Source: an uncultured Chloroflexia bacterium (GTDB taxonomy: Bacteria; Chloroflexota; Limnocylindria; Limnocylindrales; CSP1-4). Taken from it: a stretch of DNA of 64,000 bases. How positions within the stretch are numbered: the first letter of the stretch is position 1; every line of letters starts with the position of its first letter. This document shows positions 29,792-39,630 of the stretch, piece by piece. The stretch is taken from positions 924,007-988,006 of the forward strand of contig CAVTXK010000001.1 in the NCBI GenBank assembly GCA_963738685.1, written 5' to 3'. Below the pieces are notes generated by a model. The model did not search any database, was not told the origin of the DNA, and was given only the letters and a program-made list of their open reading frames with translations. A program made the position numbers and the translations under genes.

Positions 29792-30502
29792 ATGCGACAG
29801 GTCATCGGCCGGCGCACCTTCGAGGTGGACGTCGGCTAAGTCACCAGCCTGATCGCCCGGGCCGACCGGGTGATCGTGGATCTCGGCACGGGCGATGGCC
29901 GTGCCGTGTTGACTCGCGCCGCCGCCGACCCGTGTGCGCTCGTGATCGGCGTGGATGCCGCGGCGGCCGCCATGACCGATTCGTCCCGCCGTGCCGATCG
30001 CCGCGGTCCGTCGAACGTGCTGTTCCTGGCGGCCGGCGTCGAGACCCTTGGCGGCACGGTACTCGCCTGCCGGGCGGACCTCGTCACCGTCACGTTCCCG
30101 TGGGGGTCGCTCCTCCGCGGCGTCCTGGGCCTGGACGCGGCGGCGCTGGCCGGCGTCGCCTCGATCGTGGCGCCCGGCGGTCGGGTCGAGGTGCTCGCGT
30201 CCGTCCTGCCATCCGATGGAGTCGCCGGCCTGGATCGCCTCGACACCTCGTGCGAGCCGGCGATCCGGGCGGCCTGGGCGGCGGCCGGGCTGGACCTCGT
30301 CACGATGCGACCGGCAACCGCGGACGAGGTCATGGCCTCGGGTTCCTCATGGGCCCGTCGTCTCCGCGCGGACCGCGACGTCCGGCCCGTCTGGCGCCTG
30401 GAGCTCGGAGCGGCCACCCCGTTACGTGGGCCCCGCAGCCGGCCGCTCGTGCTGCGCAGACCACAGGCCGTCACCTGCAGTGACCAAGTGCAGATGAACT
30501 AG
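29792..30502 (+). pseudogene. KamB/NpmA-family 16S rRNA (adenine1408-N1)-methyltransferase-like protein with in-frame TAA at 29837-29839
   Basis: Reads MRQVIGRRTFEVDVG*VTSLIARADRVIVDLGTGDGR...SNVLFLAAGVE...VTFPWGSLLRGVLG...SSWARRL. ATG 29792 and ORF 29870..30502 are in the same frame. Confidence 0.65.
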
Positions 30503-30578
30503 CGTGGATCGGCGCCCGTTGCTGCGATTCTGGTACGCAACCCAGCGCGTTCATCGGGCCTTGGACACTGCCAGTGAC
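30469..30578 (+). repeat. left copy of a bipartite direct repeat flanking the XRE gene
   Basis: Module A is CGTCACCTGCAGTGACCA (30469-30486). Module B is CACTGCCAGTGAC (30566-30578). Both recur exactly 940 bp to the right. Confidence 0.7.
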
Positions 30579-31414
30579 ACGGCGGCCTCGCGGTAGTCGC
30601 GATATGGCGTCGATGCCCGTCCGCCGTCGAGCTTGGGACGTATGAGCCAGGAGCGGCGGCGGCGCCGGGGGTCGATCAGGGCGACCGCTCGGCCACCCGA
30701 CAACGAAGCATCCGGATCCTCCAGCAGTGCGTCCATCGATGGCGCTCGAACCGGAAATGCCAGATCGATGACATCGCGGTTCTGGGTCAGCGCCTGTTCG
30801 TTCTGTTCGGTCGATAGCGCGAGGAGCCAGGTCACAATGCGACGAGGCTGCCAGCCCTGGTCTCGTGCTATGCGTCGAGCCACTCGCTCGTACCAGCCCA
30901 CTTGCCTCTCGAGAGCGCCGAGATCGTCGATGACGGTCTTGATCTCGATGACGATGAGCGTCCCGGTCCGCGAGTCGAACGCAAGCAGATCGATCCAACC
31001 CCGCCACCGGCCGTCGACGATCGCGACCTCGCGGGCCGTCGCCCACCCCGCCGCTCGGAGCCGTCGATCGACATATCCCGAACAGCGAGCGTGCACCGCG
31101 TCCCGTTGACGCCGATCGCCGACGATGATCGGCGCCCGCAACGCGAGATCGAGTTCGAGCCCGAGCGCGCCCGCGAGTCGGACGATCACGTCGAGTGAAG
31201 GGTTGGCTCGGCCACGCTCGATGGCGGCGACATATGACCTCGCGACTCCGGTCTGGGTAGCGAGCGCGAGCTGGGTCAACCCGAGCGCGAGCCGGCCATC
31301 GCGACACGCGCGCGCGAGCGTGATCCGCGGAGGCGGCCGCTCGAGTTGGTCGTATCGCACCCCAGCAGTGAAGCAGTCCGCACTTGTCTGGCACTTATCC
31401 GGGGCGCACGTCAC
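30551..31414 (-). CDS. XRE-family HTH protein with C-terminal PD-(D/E)xK-like nuclease-fold domain
   Basis: HTH: LGLTQLALATQTGVARSYVAAIERGRANPSLD. C-terminal GWIDLLAFD...LIVIEIKT resembles a D...E.K nuclease motif. Intact 287-aa ORF; the real start may be an internal GTG. GC content is visibly lower than the surroundings. Confidence 0.7.
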   Translation of the reverse strand: MTCAPDKCQTSADCFTAGVRYDQLERPPPRITLARACRDGRLALGLTQLALATQTGVARSYVAAIERGRANPSLDVIVRLAGALGLELDLALRAPIIVGDRRQRDAVHARCSGYVDRRLRAAGWATAREVAIVDGRWRGWIDLLAFDSRTGTLIVIEIKTVIDDLGALERQVGWYERVARRIARDQGWQPRRIVTWLLALSTEQNEQALTQNRDVIDLAFPVRAPSMDALLEDPDASLSGGRAVALIDPRRRRRSWLIRPKLDGGRASTPYRDYREAAVSLAVSKAR

Positions 31415-31518
31415 CTCGAGTGACCATGCGGCAATGAATGAGCAGGGGTGGGGCCCACCTGTGGCCGATGCCGTCCCGAGTCGTGCGGGTTCATCGCGGA
31501 TCGGCCACTGACAGTGAC
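31409..31518 (+). repeat. right copy of the bipartite direct repeat flanking the XRE gene
   Basis: Module A is CGTCACCTCGAGTGACCA (31409-31426, 16/18 identical to the left copy). Module B is CACTGACAGTGAC (31506-31518). The A-to-B spacing is the same 97 bp. Confidence 0.7.
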
Positions 31519-31583
31519 GCAGCGGGACAGGGCTGGGCCGGGAGCGGCCACGCCGTCACGTGGGCTCCGGTAGCATCGGGGAG

Positions 31584-32658
31584 ATGCCCACGACGATTCC
31601 CCTGATCCTCGATGTCGACACCGGCATCGACGACAGCCTCGCCCTGCTCTACGCGGCCGCGTCTCCCGACGCCGAGCTGATCGCCGTGACCTGCGTCTCG
31701 GGCAACATCGATGCCCAGCAGGTCGGCATCAACACGCGGGCGGTCCTGGAGCTCGCCGGTCGCACCGACGTCGAGGTCGCGATGGGCCGCGAGACCCCGC
31801 TCATCCGGCCGCTCGAGACGACGCCGGAGACGCACGGGCCGCAGGGCCTCGGCCACGCCGAGCTGCCCGCCGCCCAGCCGTCCGCTGAGCGATCGCCATG
31901 CGGTCGACCTGATCCTCGAGGAGGCCCGGCGCCGACCGGGCGAGATCACGCTGGTCACGCTCGGCCCCCTCACCAACCTCGCCCTGGCCGTCCTGCGCGA
32001 GCCGCAGCTTCCCCGGCTGCTCAAGGGCTACGCGCTGATGGGCGGCGCGTTCGGCGTGTCCGGCAACACCACGCCCACGACCGAATGGAACATCCACTGC
32101 GACCCGGAGGCCGCCAGGATCGTGTTCGGCGCCTGGGCCGCCGCGATCGAGGCCGACCCGTCCATCCAGCGACCGCTCGCCCTCGGCCTCGACGTCACGG
32201 AGCAGGCCCGCATCGAGCCCGAGGACGTCGTTCGACTCGCCCGTCGCGCCGGCAGCACCCCGGACGACTCGCTCGCCCTCGGGCAGGGCGACGACCCGAT
32301 GGCCCCGCAGCGCTCCGTGGCCGCGAACCCGATCGTCCGCTACGTCGCCGACGCCCTGCGCTTCTACTTCGAGTTCCACGCGAACTACGACGGCTTCTAC
32401 GGCGCGTTCATCCACGATCCGCTGGCCGTCGCGGCGACCCTCGACCGGACGCCTCGTCACGACCGAGGCCCTGTTCGTCGACGTCGAGACCCGCGGCGAG
32501 GTCACGACCGGGATGACCGTCGCCGACCGCGCGACGGCCTCACCGGCCGCCCCCCGAACCTCGATGTCGCGACCGCCGCCGACGTCACGACCTTCCTCGA
32601 TCGACTCATCGAACGCGTCGGAGGGCTGGCGGCGGACCGGTCGAACGTGGCACGCTAG
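31584..32658 (+). pseudogene. nucleoside hydrolase (IUNH family), three frame changes (+1, +1, -1)
   Basis: PLILDVDTGIDDSLAL (DxDxxxDD motif) in ORF 31560... HAVDLILEE...TLVTLGPLTNLA...EWNIHCDPEAA...FIHDPLAV in ORF 31711... LVTTEALFVDVETRGEVTTGMTVADR in ORF 32513... The tail returns to the 31711 frame. Confidence 0.8.
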
Positions 32659-32720
32659 GCACGGAGGGAATCGCGGCCCGGCCTCGGGTCGTGCGGAGGA
32701 TGTGGAGGCATCAACGAGCC

Positions 32721-33590
32721 ATGGGTTTCAGTTGGGGTCGGTTCGATACGAGGACGATCGTCCTCATCCCCATCGCCATCGCGATCAACATCGTCCTCGG
32801 CCAGACCGTCGGCGTCCGTGCTCAAGGTCCCGATCTATCTCGATTCGATCGGGACCATCCTGGTCGGCGTGCTGGCCGGCCCGATCCCGGGCCTCGTCAC
32901 CGGCCTCCTCGCCAACCTGATCTGGACCTACGTGCTTCCGGCGCCGTTCCAGTCGCGACTTACGCGGCGCCGTTCGCCGTCGTCGCGGCGTGAGATCGGC
33001 TTCCTGGCCGGGCGTCGTCGCCCAGTCGGGCTTCTTCCGCAGCCGGCCGAACACCGACTGGGGTCGCATCGCTCGTCGGCGGCCGCTGCTCGTCGTCGTC
33101 GTCCTCGGCGGCATCGGCTACTACGGCTTCCTGCCGTTCTACACGGACGGGACGTTCACGTTCTTCGGGGATACGTCGACGGCCGTCGCCGTTCTTCGTC
33201 GATCATGGGCTACGTCGATCGCGCATCGGGATCGTCGCCGCGATCATCGGCCTGATCGTGCTGCTGTTCGTCCGTCGCGACCTCGGGCGTCGCTTACGTC
33301 GCGATCGCCGGCCTGATCTGCGGCATCGTGTCGGCGATCATCTCGGCGCCGATCGCGGCCGTCGTCTTCGGCGGCGTGACCGGGTCCGGGCACGGACCTC
33401 CTCGTCGCCGCGTTCCAGCAGGCCGGCGCGGATCTCCAGACTGCGGTCCTGCAGCAGGGCCTGCTGTCCGACCCGATCGACAAGACCGTCGACGTTCTTC
33501 ATCGTGTTCGTCATGCTCCAGACGCTGTCGCGTCGCTTCGTCGCGCGCTTCCCGCAGGGTGAGAAGGCGATCGGCCTGGAGGAGGCGTAG
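32721..33590 (+). pseudogene. ECF transporter S (substrate-binding) component, many frame changes
   Basis: TM-rich segments are scattered over ORFs 32691.., 32818.., 32990.., 33328.. and 33258..: MGFSWGRFDTRTIVLIPIAIAINIVLGQTVG / LKVPIYLDSIGTILVGVLAGPIPG / VAQSGFFRSRPN...GGIGYYGF / SAIISAPIAAVVFGGVTGSG / FFIVFVMLQTLSRRFVARF. Confidence 0.6.
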
Positions 33591-33642
33591 ATCCGGCGTG
33601 CGTCGGCCCGGGTCGTCCGGGCCGACGACCTCGAGCCGGACG

Positions 33643-34440
33643 ATGCCGCCCGGATCGCCCGGCTCGTCCCGCCCACGCCGAGTCCGTACCACCGGCTCAA
33701 CCCGCTGACCAAGGCGGTCATCGCGACCGTCGGCTCGATCGGAGCGTTCGTCCTCGGCGGCTACGTCGGGCCGATCGCGATCATCGTCGCTGATGCTGCT
33801 GTTCGCCTGGCGGCGCGGGCGTCCTCGGGCGCCTCGGCTGCGCATCTCGCTGCTGCTGACCCTGCCGATCGCGATCTCGGTCGTGCTGGTCAGCGTGTTC
33901 ACCCGGGCCGGCACGACCGTCCTCTTCCCGATCGGGCCGTTCGACGCGACCGCTCGAGGGCGTCGAGTTCGCGCTCCAGACGCTCGTCCGGCTGTTCGCG
34001 ATCTCGTTGTCGATCGGGCTGTTCGTCCTGACGACCGATCCGCGCGCGTTCGTCTTCGACCTCGAGCGACGCGGGCGTGTCGCCACGCGTTCGCGTTCGT
34101 CGGCCGTCGCGACGATCGAGGCGGTGCCGACCCTCGTCGAGCGCGCCGCGATGATCGGCGAGAGCCAGCGCGCCCGCGGCCTCGACACGGAGGGCGAGCT
34201 TGCGCGCCCGGCTGCGCGGCCTGCTGCCGATCGTCGGGCCCGGTGATCATCACCTCGCTGACCGACGTCGAGGAGCGCAGCCTGGCGCTCGAATCGCGGG
34301 CGTTCAGCCGACCCGGTCGGCGCCACCTCCTGTGGGCGATGCCCGACACGCGGCTGGGAGCGCGTCCTCCGCTGGGCTCCTCGTCGTGCTGCTCGTGGTC
34401 GCGGCGGCCGCGTCGGCGTCCAGCGGCCGGTCTGAGGCTC
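33643..34440 (+). pseudogene. ecfT: ECF transporter T component (EcfT/CbiQ family), several frame changes; start approximate
   Basis: PSPYHRLNPLTKAVIATVGSIGAFVLGG, ISLLLTLPIAISVVLVSVF, ALQTLVRLFAISLSIGLFVLTTDP, ATIEAVPTLVERAAMIGESQRARGLD, IITSLTDVEERSLALESRAF, each in a different frame. Confidence 0.6.
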
Positions 34441-34441
34441 G

Positions 34442-36056
34442 ATGCTGCATCCTCGCCGGGGTCGGCGTATCGCTACGCCGGCTACGCCAGGCCGGTCCTC
34501 CACGACATCGACCTGACCCTTGCCGACGGCGAGATCGTCGGGTCGTCGGCGCCAACGAGGCGGGCAAGTCGACGCTGTGCCTCGTCGCTTCCGGCCTCGC
34601 GCCGGGCTCGATCGGCGGCGCGCTCACAGGTGGCGGGCTGTCCATCGACGGCGAGCCCATGGCCGGCAAGCCGCTGTACGAGTTCTCGACCCGGGTCGGG
34701 ATCGGCTTCCAGAACCCGGCGACCCAGCTGTCGGGCGTGACCGGCTCGGTGTTCGAGGAGGTCGCGCTGGGGCCGATGAACCTGGGCTTGACCGCAGCGC
34801 GAGACCGTCGAGCGGGTCGAAGGCCGCCCTGGCGACGCTCGGCATCGACGACCTCGCGGAGCGCGAGCCGCGCCGCCTGTCGGGCGGCCAGGGCCAGCTC
34901 GTGGTCATCGCCTCGCTGCTGGCGATGCGGCCGCCGCACCTCGTCCTCGACGAGCCGACGGCCCAGCTCGATCCGGAAGGCACGCGGCTGGTCGGCGAGG
35001 CCCTTCGCGAGCTGGCCGCGAGCGGGACCGCGCTGCTCATCGTCGAGCACAAGACCGACCTGCTCGACGGCCTGTGCGACCGGGTCGTCGTGCTCGACGA
35101 GGGGACGCATCGTCGCTCGACGGCCCGGCGGCTCGCGTCCTCGACGATCCGCGGCTCGAGGCGCTGGGCGTGGATCCGCCGAGCCGCGTCCGGCTTGCGC
35201 AGGCGCTGGCATCGCGCGGGCTCGATCCCGCGGTGGTGCTCGGCGTGACCGCGCCTGCGCCTGGAGGGCGTCGGCTTCGTCTATCCGGACGGGACGCGCG
35301 CGCTCGACGGCGTCGACCTCGCCATCGAACCGGCGAGGCGGTCGCCATCGTCGGCCAGAACGGCAGCGGCAAGTCGACGCTCGTGCGCCACCTCAACGGC
35401 CTGCTGCGTCCGACCGAGGGACGCGTCCTGCACGACGGCCAGGACGTCGCCGGGGAGCGGGTCGCCGCGCTTGCCGCGCGGGTCGGGATCGTCTTCCAGA
35501 ACCCCGATCGCCAGATCTTCGCGGGCAAGGTCCGCGACGAGGTCGCGTTCGGACCGAGGATCCTGGGCCGCACTGCGCAGCAGGCGGCCGCGGCCGGCGC
35601 GGCGGCCCTCGAGGCGGTCGGCCTGGCCGACGCGGTGGACGCGAATCCGTACGACCTCGGCTACTCGCGACGAAAGCTGCTGACCCTCGCGTCGGTGCTG
35701 GCGATGGACACGCCGGTCGTCGTCCTCGACGAGCCGACGACCGGCCAGGACGCGCGGGGCATCGCCCGCGTCCAGCAGGTCGTCGGCGAACGTCGCCGGC
35801 GAGCGGCCGGACGGTCATCGCCATCAGCCACGACATGCGCTTCGTGGCCGACTCGTTCGCGCGGGTCGTGGTGATGGGCGGCGGCCGGATCCTGCTCGAC
35901 GGCACGCCGGCCGAGGTCTTCGCCGAGCCCGCCTGGCCGATGCTGTCGTCGACGTATCTCGAGCCGACCTACGCGGCGCGGGTCGGGGCGCGACTCGACC
36001 TTGGCTCGACGCCGACGGAAGCGTCGCTGGTCGAGGCCCTGAGCGCTCGCGGCTGA
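34442..36056 (+). pseudogene. ecfA: fused double ECF/ABC ATPase (EcfA-EcfA'), several frame changes; start approximate
   Basis: Two Walker A motifs (GANEAGKSTL, GQNGSGKSTL). Two signature/Walker B sets (LSGGQGQLVVIASLLAMRPPHLVLDEPT; YSRRKLLTLASVLAMDTPVVVLDEPTTG). The pieces lie in ORFs 34200.., 34520.., 35074.. and the tail of 34200..36056. Confidence 0.75.
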
Positions 36057-36106
36057 CCCGGTCCCGCCGGAGCCGGGCCGCCTGACCGTGCGGGATCCCG
36101 AACTCG

Positions 36107-36526
36107 TCAGCGGCGCCCGACGACGATCAGCAGGAACGACGTCTCGATGACGTCGATGCCGGCGATCACGGCCGCGACGATGAGCGGGAGCGGATGGGCG
36201 AGCGCCCAGCCGGCCGCGGCGGCCAAGGCGGCGACCGCGAGGAACGCGAGGCGGACGGCGCGGATCAGCCCGGGAACATCGTCGGTTCCCGCCTCCGCGA
36301 TGCGCCCGACCGACCGAGTGAGCAGCACCACGCCGACGGCCACGGAACCGCCGACGAGCGCCGCCCGGATGATCGGTGGCGGGGCGACGATGGCATCGAG
36401 CCAGCCGTCGTTCCAGCCGAGGACGGTCGCGACGACCACCGCCAGGAACCCAAGACCCAGCGCAACGGCGGCACCGAGCCGCGGCCGTCCGTCGCCGGCG
36501 GCGGCCGACACGGAGCGGTCGCTCAC
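36107..36526 (-). CDS. hypothetical membrane protein (139 aa)
   Basis: Last 139 codons of ORF 36107..38002. Four hydrophobic helices (LGAAVALGLGFLAVVVATVLG...). GTG 36526 overlaps the mec stop (GTGA). Confidence 0.55.
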   Translation of the reverse strand: MSDRSVSAAAGDGRPRLGAAVALGLGFLAVVVATVLGWNDGWLDAIVAPPPIIRAALVGGSVAVGVVLLTRSVGRIAEAGTDDVPGLIRAVRLAFLAVAALAAAAGWALAHPLPLIVAAVIAGIDVIETSFLLIVVGRR

Positions 36527-36940
36527 CCCTCGACGACCTCCAGCGCGACCTCGTGCGTCGCGCCATCGACGATCCGCCAGGCCCGGACGCTGGGCGTCCC
36601 GGTCATCGGATGCGCCTCGTCGTCGCTGAGCGAGACCAGGACGTACAGCGCATCGGGGTAGAAGGCGAGGCCCAGGTCCGTCGGGGACGGGACGGCCGGC
36701 GTGTGGGTGTGCGAGTGGACGATGGCCCAGAAGACCTCGTCGGCGTCGTCGGTCGCGACGGTCAACCGGTACAGGTCGGTCGGGATCGATCTCGTAGCGG
36801 TACGGCGAGGCGGCCGCGTTGCGGGTCGGCTCGAAGCGGAGCGCGCGGCCCCCATCGGCGGCGTAGGCGTCCCCGACGATCAGGCCGCAGGCCTCGTTCG
36901 GGTACTCGGCCCGGGCGTGGTCGATCAATGCCTGGAGCAT
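36523..36940 (-). pseudogene. mec: JAMM/Mov34 metalloprotease Mec (CysO-cysteine peptidase), one +1 frameshift near 36780
   Basis: MLQALIDHARAEYPNEACGLIVG (E.CG) in the long ORF frame. AIVHSHTHTPAVPSPTD (HxHx7Sx2D) in ORF 36523..36855. Upstream GTG starts at 36952 or 36994 are possible. Confidence 0.8.
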
Positions 36941-36987
36941 CGCCGCGGTCACGGCGGCCGACGCCGGCCCGGGGTGATCGCCCGTGC

Positions 36988-38002
36988 TCACCACCAGTTG
37001 ACGCCGCCCTCGAGCGCGTCCTCCATCTCGTCGAAGTCGGTCGTGAACGTGCCCGCCGACAGGTACTTCCAGCCGCCGTCGGGCAGCAGCGCGACGATCG
37101 GTCCCGCCCGCCATCGAGCGGGCCTCCCGCGCGGCGGCGACGAGCACGGCCCCGCACGACGGTCCGCCGAAGATGCCCTCGCGGAACACGAGGTCGCGCA
37201 GCGCCGCGATCGCCTCGCGGTTCGAGACGAGGTACTTCGCATCGATCAGATCCGGGTCGAGGATCTCGGGGATGAACCCCTCGTCGAGCGAGCGCAGCCC
37301 CTGCACCAGCTCCCCGGGGAGTGGCTCGGCCGCGACGATGCGGACCCCGGGCTTGTGCTCGCGCAGGTAGCGCGACACGCCCATGAGCGTCCCGCCGGTG
37401 CCCAGGCCGGCCACGAACACGTCGATCTCCGGGCAGTCGGCGAGGATCTCCGGGCCGGTCGTCTCGTAGTGGGCCAGCGGATTGGCCGGATTGCCGTACT
37501 GGTACGGCATCACGAACCGCTCGTCCTTGGCGACGAGGTGCTTGGCCAGGGCGATCGCGCCGTTCGAGCCCTGCCCGCCGGGCGAATCGATGACCTCCGC
37601 GCCGTACAGCGCGGCCATCTGGCGCCGCTCGTTCGTGACGTTGTCCGGCATCACGAGCGCGACGCGGTAGCCCTTGCGCCGGCCGATCATCGCGAGGGCG
37701 ATGCCGGTGTTGCCCGACGTCGGCTCGAGGATGATCGAGTCCTCGTGGAGCAGTCCGCGCGCCTCGAGGTCCTCGATGAGGTACTTGGCGACGCGATCCT
37801 TGACCGACCCCGTCGGGTTGAGCATCTCGAGCTTGCCGAAGATGTGCACGTCCGGCTTGGGGCTCATGCGCGGGATCTCGACGAGCGGCGTGTGCCCGAT
37901 CGCCTCGAGGATGTCCGCGTACCGCCCGCCGTGTGGGGCCAGGCCCTCGTGGGCGTGCGTGTGATCGTGATCGGCGTCGTCGAGCCGCCACGGAACGGCC
38001 AC
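36988..38002 (-). pseudogene. cysM: cysteine synthase B-like PLP enzyme (CysO-thiocarboxylate dependent type), one +1 frameshift near 37101
   Basis: NPTGSVKDR (PLP lysine), EPTSGNTGIALA, GLGTGGTLMG in ORF 36107..38002. The C-terminus IVALLPDGGWKYLS... is in ORF 36988..37242. Confidence 0.85.
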
Positions 38003-38004
38003 GG

Positions 38005-38277
38005 TCAGCCGCCGGCCATCGCCGGGAGCAGGCGGACCTCGTCGGTCGGCGCGACCGGCGTGTCGAGGCCCGCGAGGTAGCGGACGTCCTGGCCGTTGAC
38101 GTACACGTTGACGAATCGATTGAGATCGCCGTCCTCGGTCATGAGCTGGCCGCCGAGCGATGGATGCCGCTCGACGAGGCGACCAACGACCGCCCGGATC
38201 GAGTCACCCTCGATCTCGAGCGACTTCACGCCTCCGACGTTGGCGCGCAGGACCGACGGGATGAAGACCGTGCTCAC
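38005..38277 (-). CDS. cysO: MoaD/ThiS-family sulfur carrier protein ending in Gly-Gly
   Basis: 90-aa ORF ending ...RLLPAMAGG*. Positioned between moeZ and cysM. GTGA overlap with the moeZ stop. Confidence 0.85.
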   Translation of the reverse strand: MSTVFIPSVLRANVGGVKSLEIEGDSIRAVVGRLVERHPSLGGQLMTEDGDLNRFVNVYVNGQDVRYLAGLDTPVAPTDEVRLLPAMAGG

Positions 38278-39500
38278 GCACGGGCCTCCGGCGACACCGA
38301 GCCCGCCAGGCCGGTCGTGGACATGAGGAACGGGGCGTCGCCCCCGACGTTCGCCGTGGCGAGCGGCCGGCCGGCCTTGCGCGCCTCGACCGCGGCGTCC
38401 GAGCAGACCGGGCAGGCCGGATCACGGCGCAGCTGGAGCTCGGTGAATTCGGTCTCGAGCGCGTCGAACAGCACCAGCCGTCCGGCCAGCGTGTTGCCGA
38501 TGCCGAGCAGGACCTTGAGCGCCTCGTTGGTCTGGAGCAGGCCCATGATCCCGGGCACGACGCCGAGCACGCCGGCCACGGAGCAACCGGGCGCGAGCTC
38601 CGGCGGCGGCGGGGTCGGGTAGAGGCAGCGGTAGCACGGCCCCTCGTACGGGACGAAGGTGGTGAGCTGGCCTTCGAACCGGAAGACGCTGGCGTGCACG
38701 ACCGGGATGCCGGCCGCGACCGCCGCGTCGTTGAGGATGTAGCGGGTCTCGAACGTGTCGGTGCCGTCGAGGATCACGTCGTAGCCGGCGATGAGCCGCT
38801 CGACGTTGGCCGCGACGAGCATCTCCTCGTGCTCGACGACCTTGACGTCGGGGTTGAGCGCGTTGATCGCGATCCGCGCGGATTCGACCTTGCGCTCGCC
38901 GATGCGGTCCGTCGTGTGGACGATCTGGCGCTGCAGGTTGCTCAGGTCGACGACATCGAAGTCGACCAGACCGATCGTGCCGACGCCGGCCGCGGCGAGG
39001 TACAGCGCGGCCGGGCTACCGAGCCCGCCGGCCCCGATGAGCAGCGCCTTGCTGCCGAGCAGCTTGGCCTGACCGGCCGACCCGACCTCGGGGATCAGCA
39101 GGTGCCGGCTGTAGCGCTGCTTCTGCTCTGGGCTGAGGACGACGGGCGTATCGAACTCGAGGCCCGCGCCCTTCCAGCCCTGGAACCCGCCGCTCATCGA
39201 CTTGACATCGGTGTAGCCCATCTCGGCGAGGGTCTGGGCCGCGAACAGCGAGCGGACGCCGCCGGCGCAGTACAGGATCACCGGAGCGTCGCGATCCGGG
39301 GCGGCGGCCTCGATCTGCTGCTCGATGTAGGACTTGGAGACGTGGGCGGCCCCGGGGACGTGGCCCTGCTCCCACTCGGACGCCTCGCGGACGTCGACGA
39401 TCGTGGCCGCACCGGCCGGGAGGGCGGCGACCTCCTGGGGTGAGACTTCATCGATCTGGGTGCGGGCCTCGCGGAGGAGGTCGGCGTAGGACTTCGGCAT
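38274..39500 (-). CDS. moeZ: rhodanese-ThiF/MoeB fusion (MoeZ-like adenylyltransferase/sulfurtransferase, rhodanese N-terminal)
   Basis: N-terminal rhodanese with LYCAGGVRS active-site loop. Then RYSRHLLIPEVG..LLIGAGGLGSPAALYLAAAGVG, DLSNLQRQ, CYRC...CPVC. ATG 39500. Confidence 0.85.
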   Translation of the reverse strand: MPKSYADLLREARTQIDEVSPQEVAALPAGAATIVDVREASEWEQGHVPGAAHVSKSYIEQQIEAAAPDRDAPVILYCAGGVRSLFAAQTLAEMGYTDVKSMSGGFQGWKGAGLEFDTPVVLSPEQKQRYSRHLLIPEVGSAGQAKLLGSKALLIGAGGLGSPAALYLAAAGVGTIGLVDFDVVDLSNLQRQIVHTTDRIGERKVESARIAINALNPDVKVVEHEEMLVAANVERLIAGYDVILDGTDTFETRYILNDAAVAAGIPVVHASVFRFEGQLTTFVPYEGPCYRCLYPTPPPPELAPGCSVAGVLGVVPGIMGLLQTNEALKVLLGIGNTLAGRLVLFDALETEFTELQLRRDPACPVCSDAAVEARKAGRPLATANVGGDAPFLMSTTGLAGSVSPEARA

Positions 39501-39630
39501 GGGCTGGTTGGCTCCGGTGGTCGACGGGCTGGCACGTTCGTGGCGGCCAGGGCGGGGAGTGGCTGGGGGTCGCGTGGAGGTGCGGCCGGCTACGCCGGCT
39601 CGTGACACCTGCAGCGGCGCTCGATCGGGG

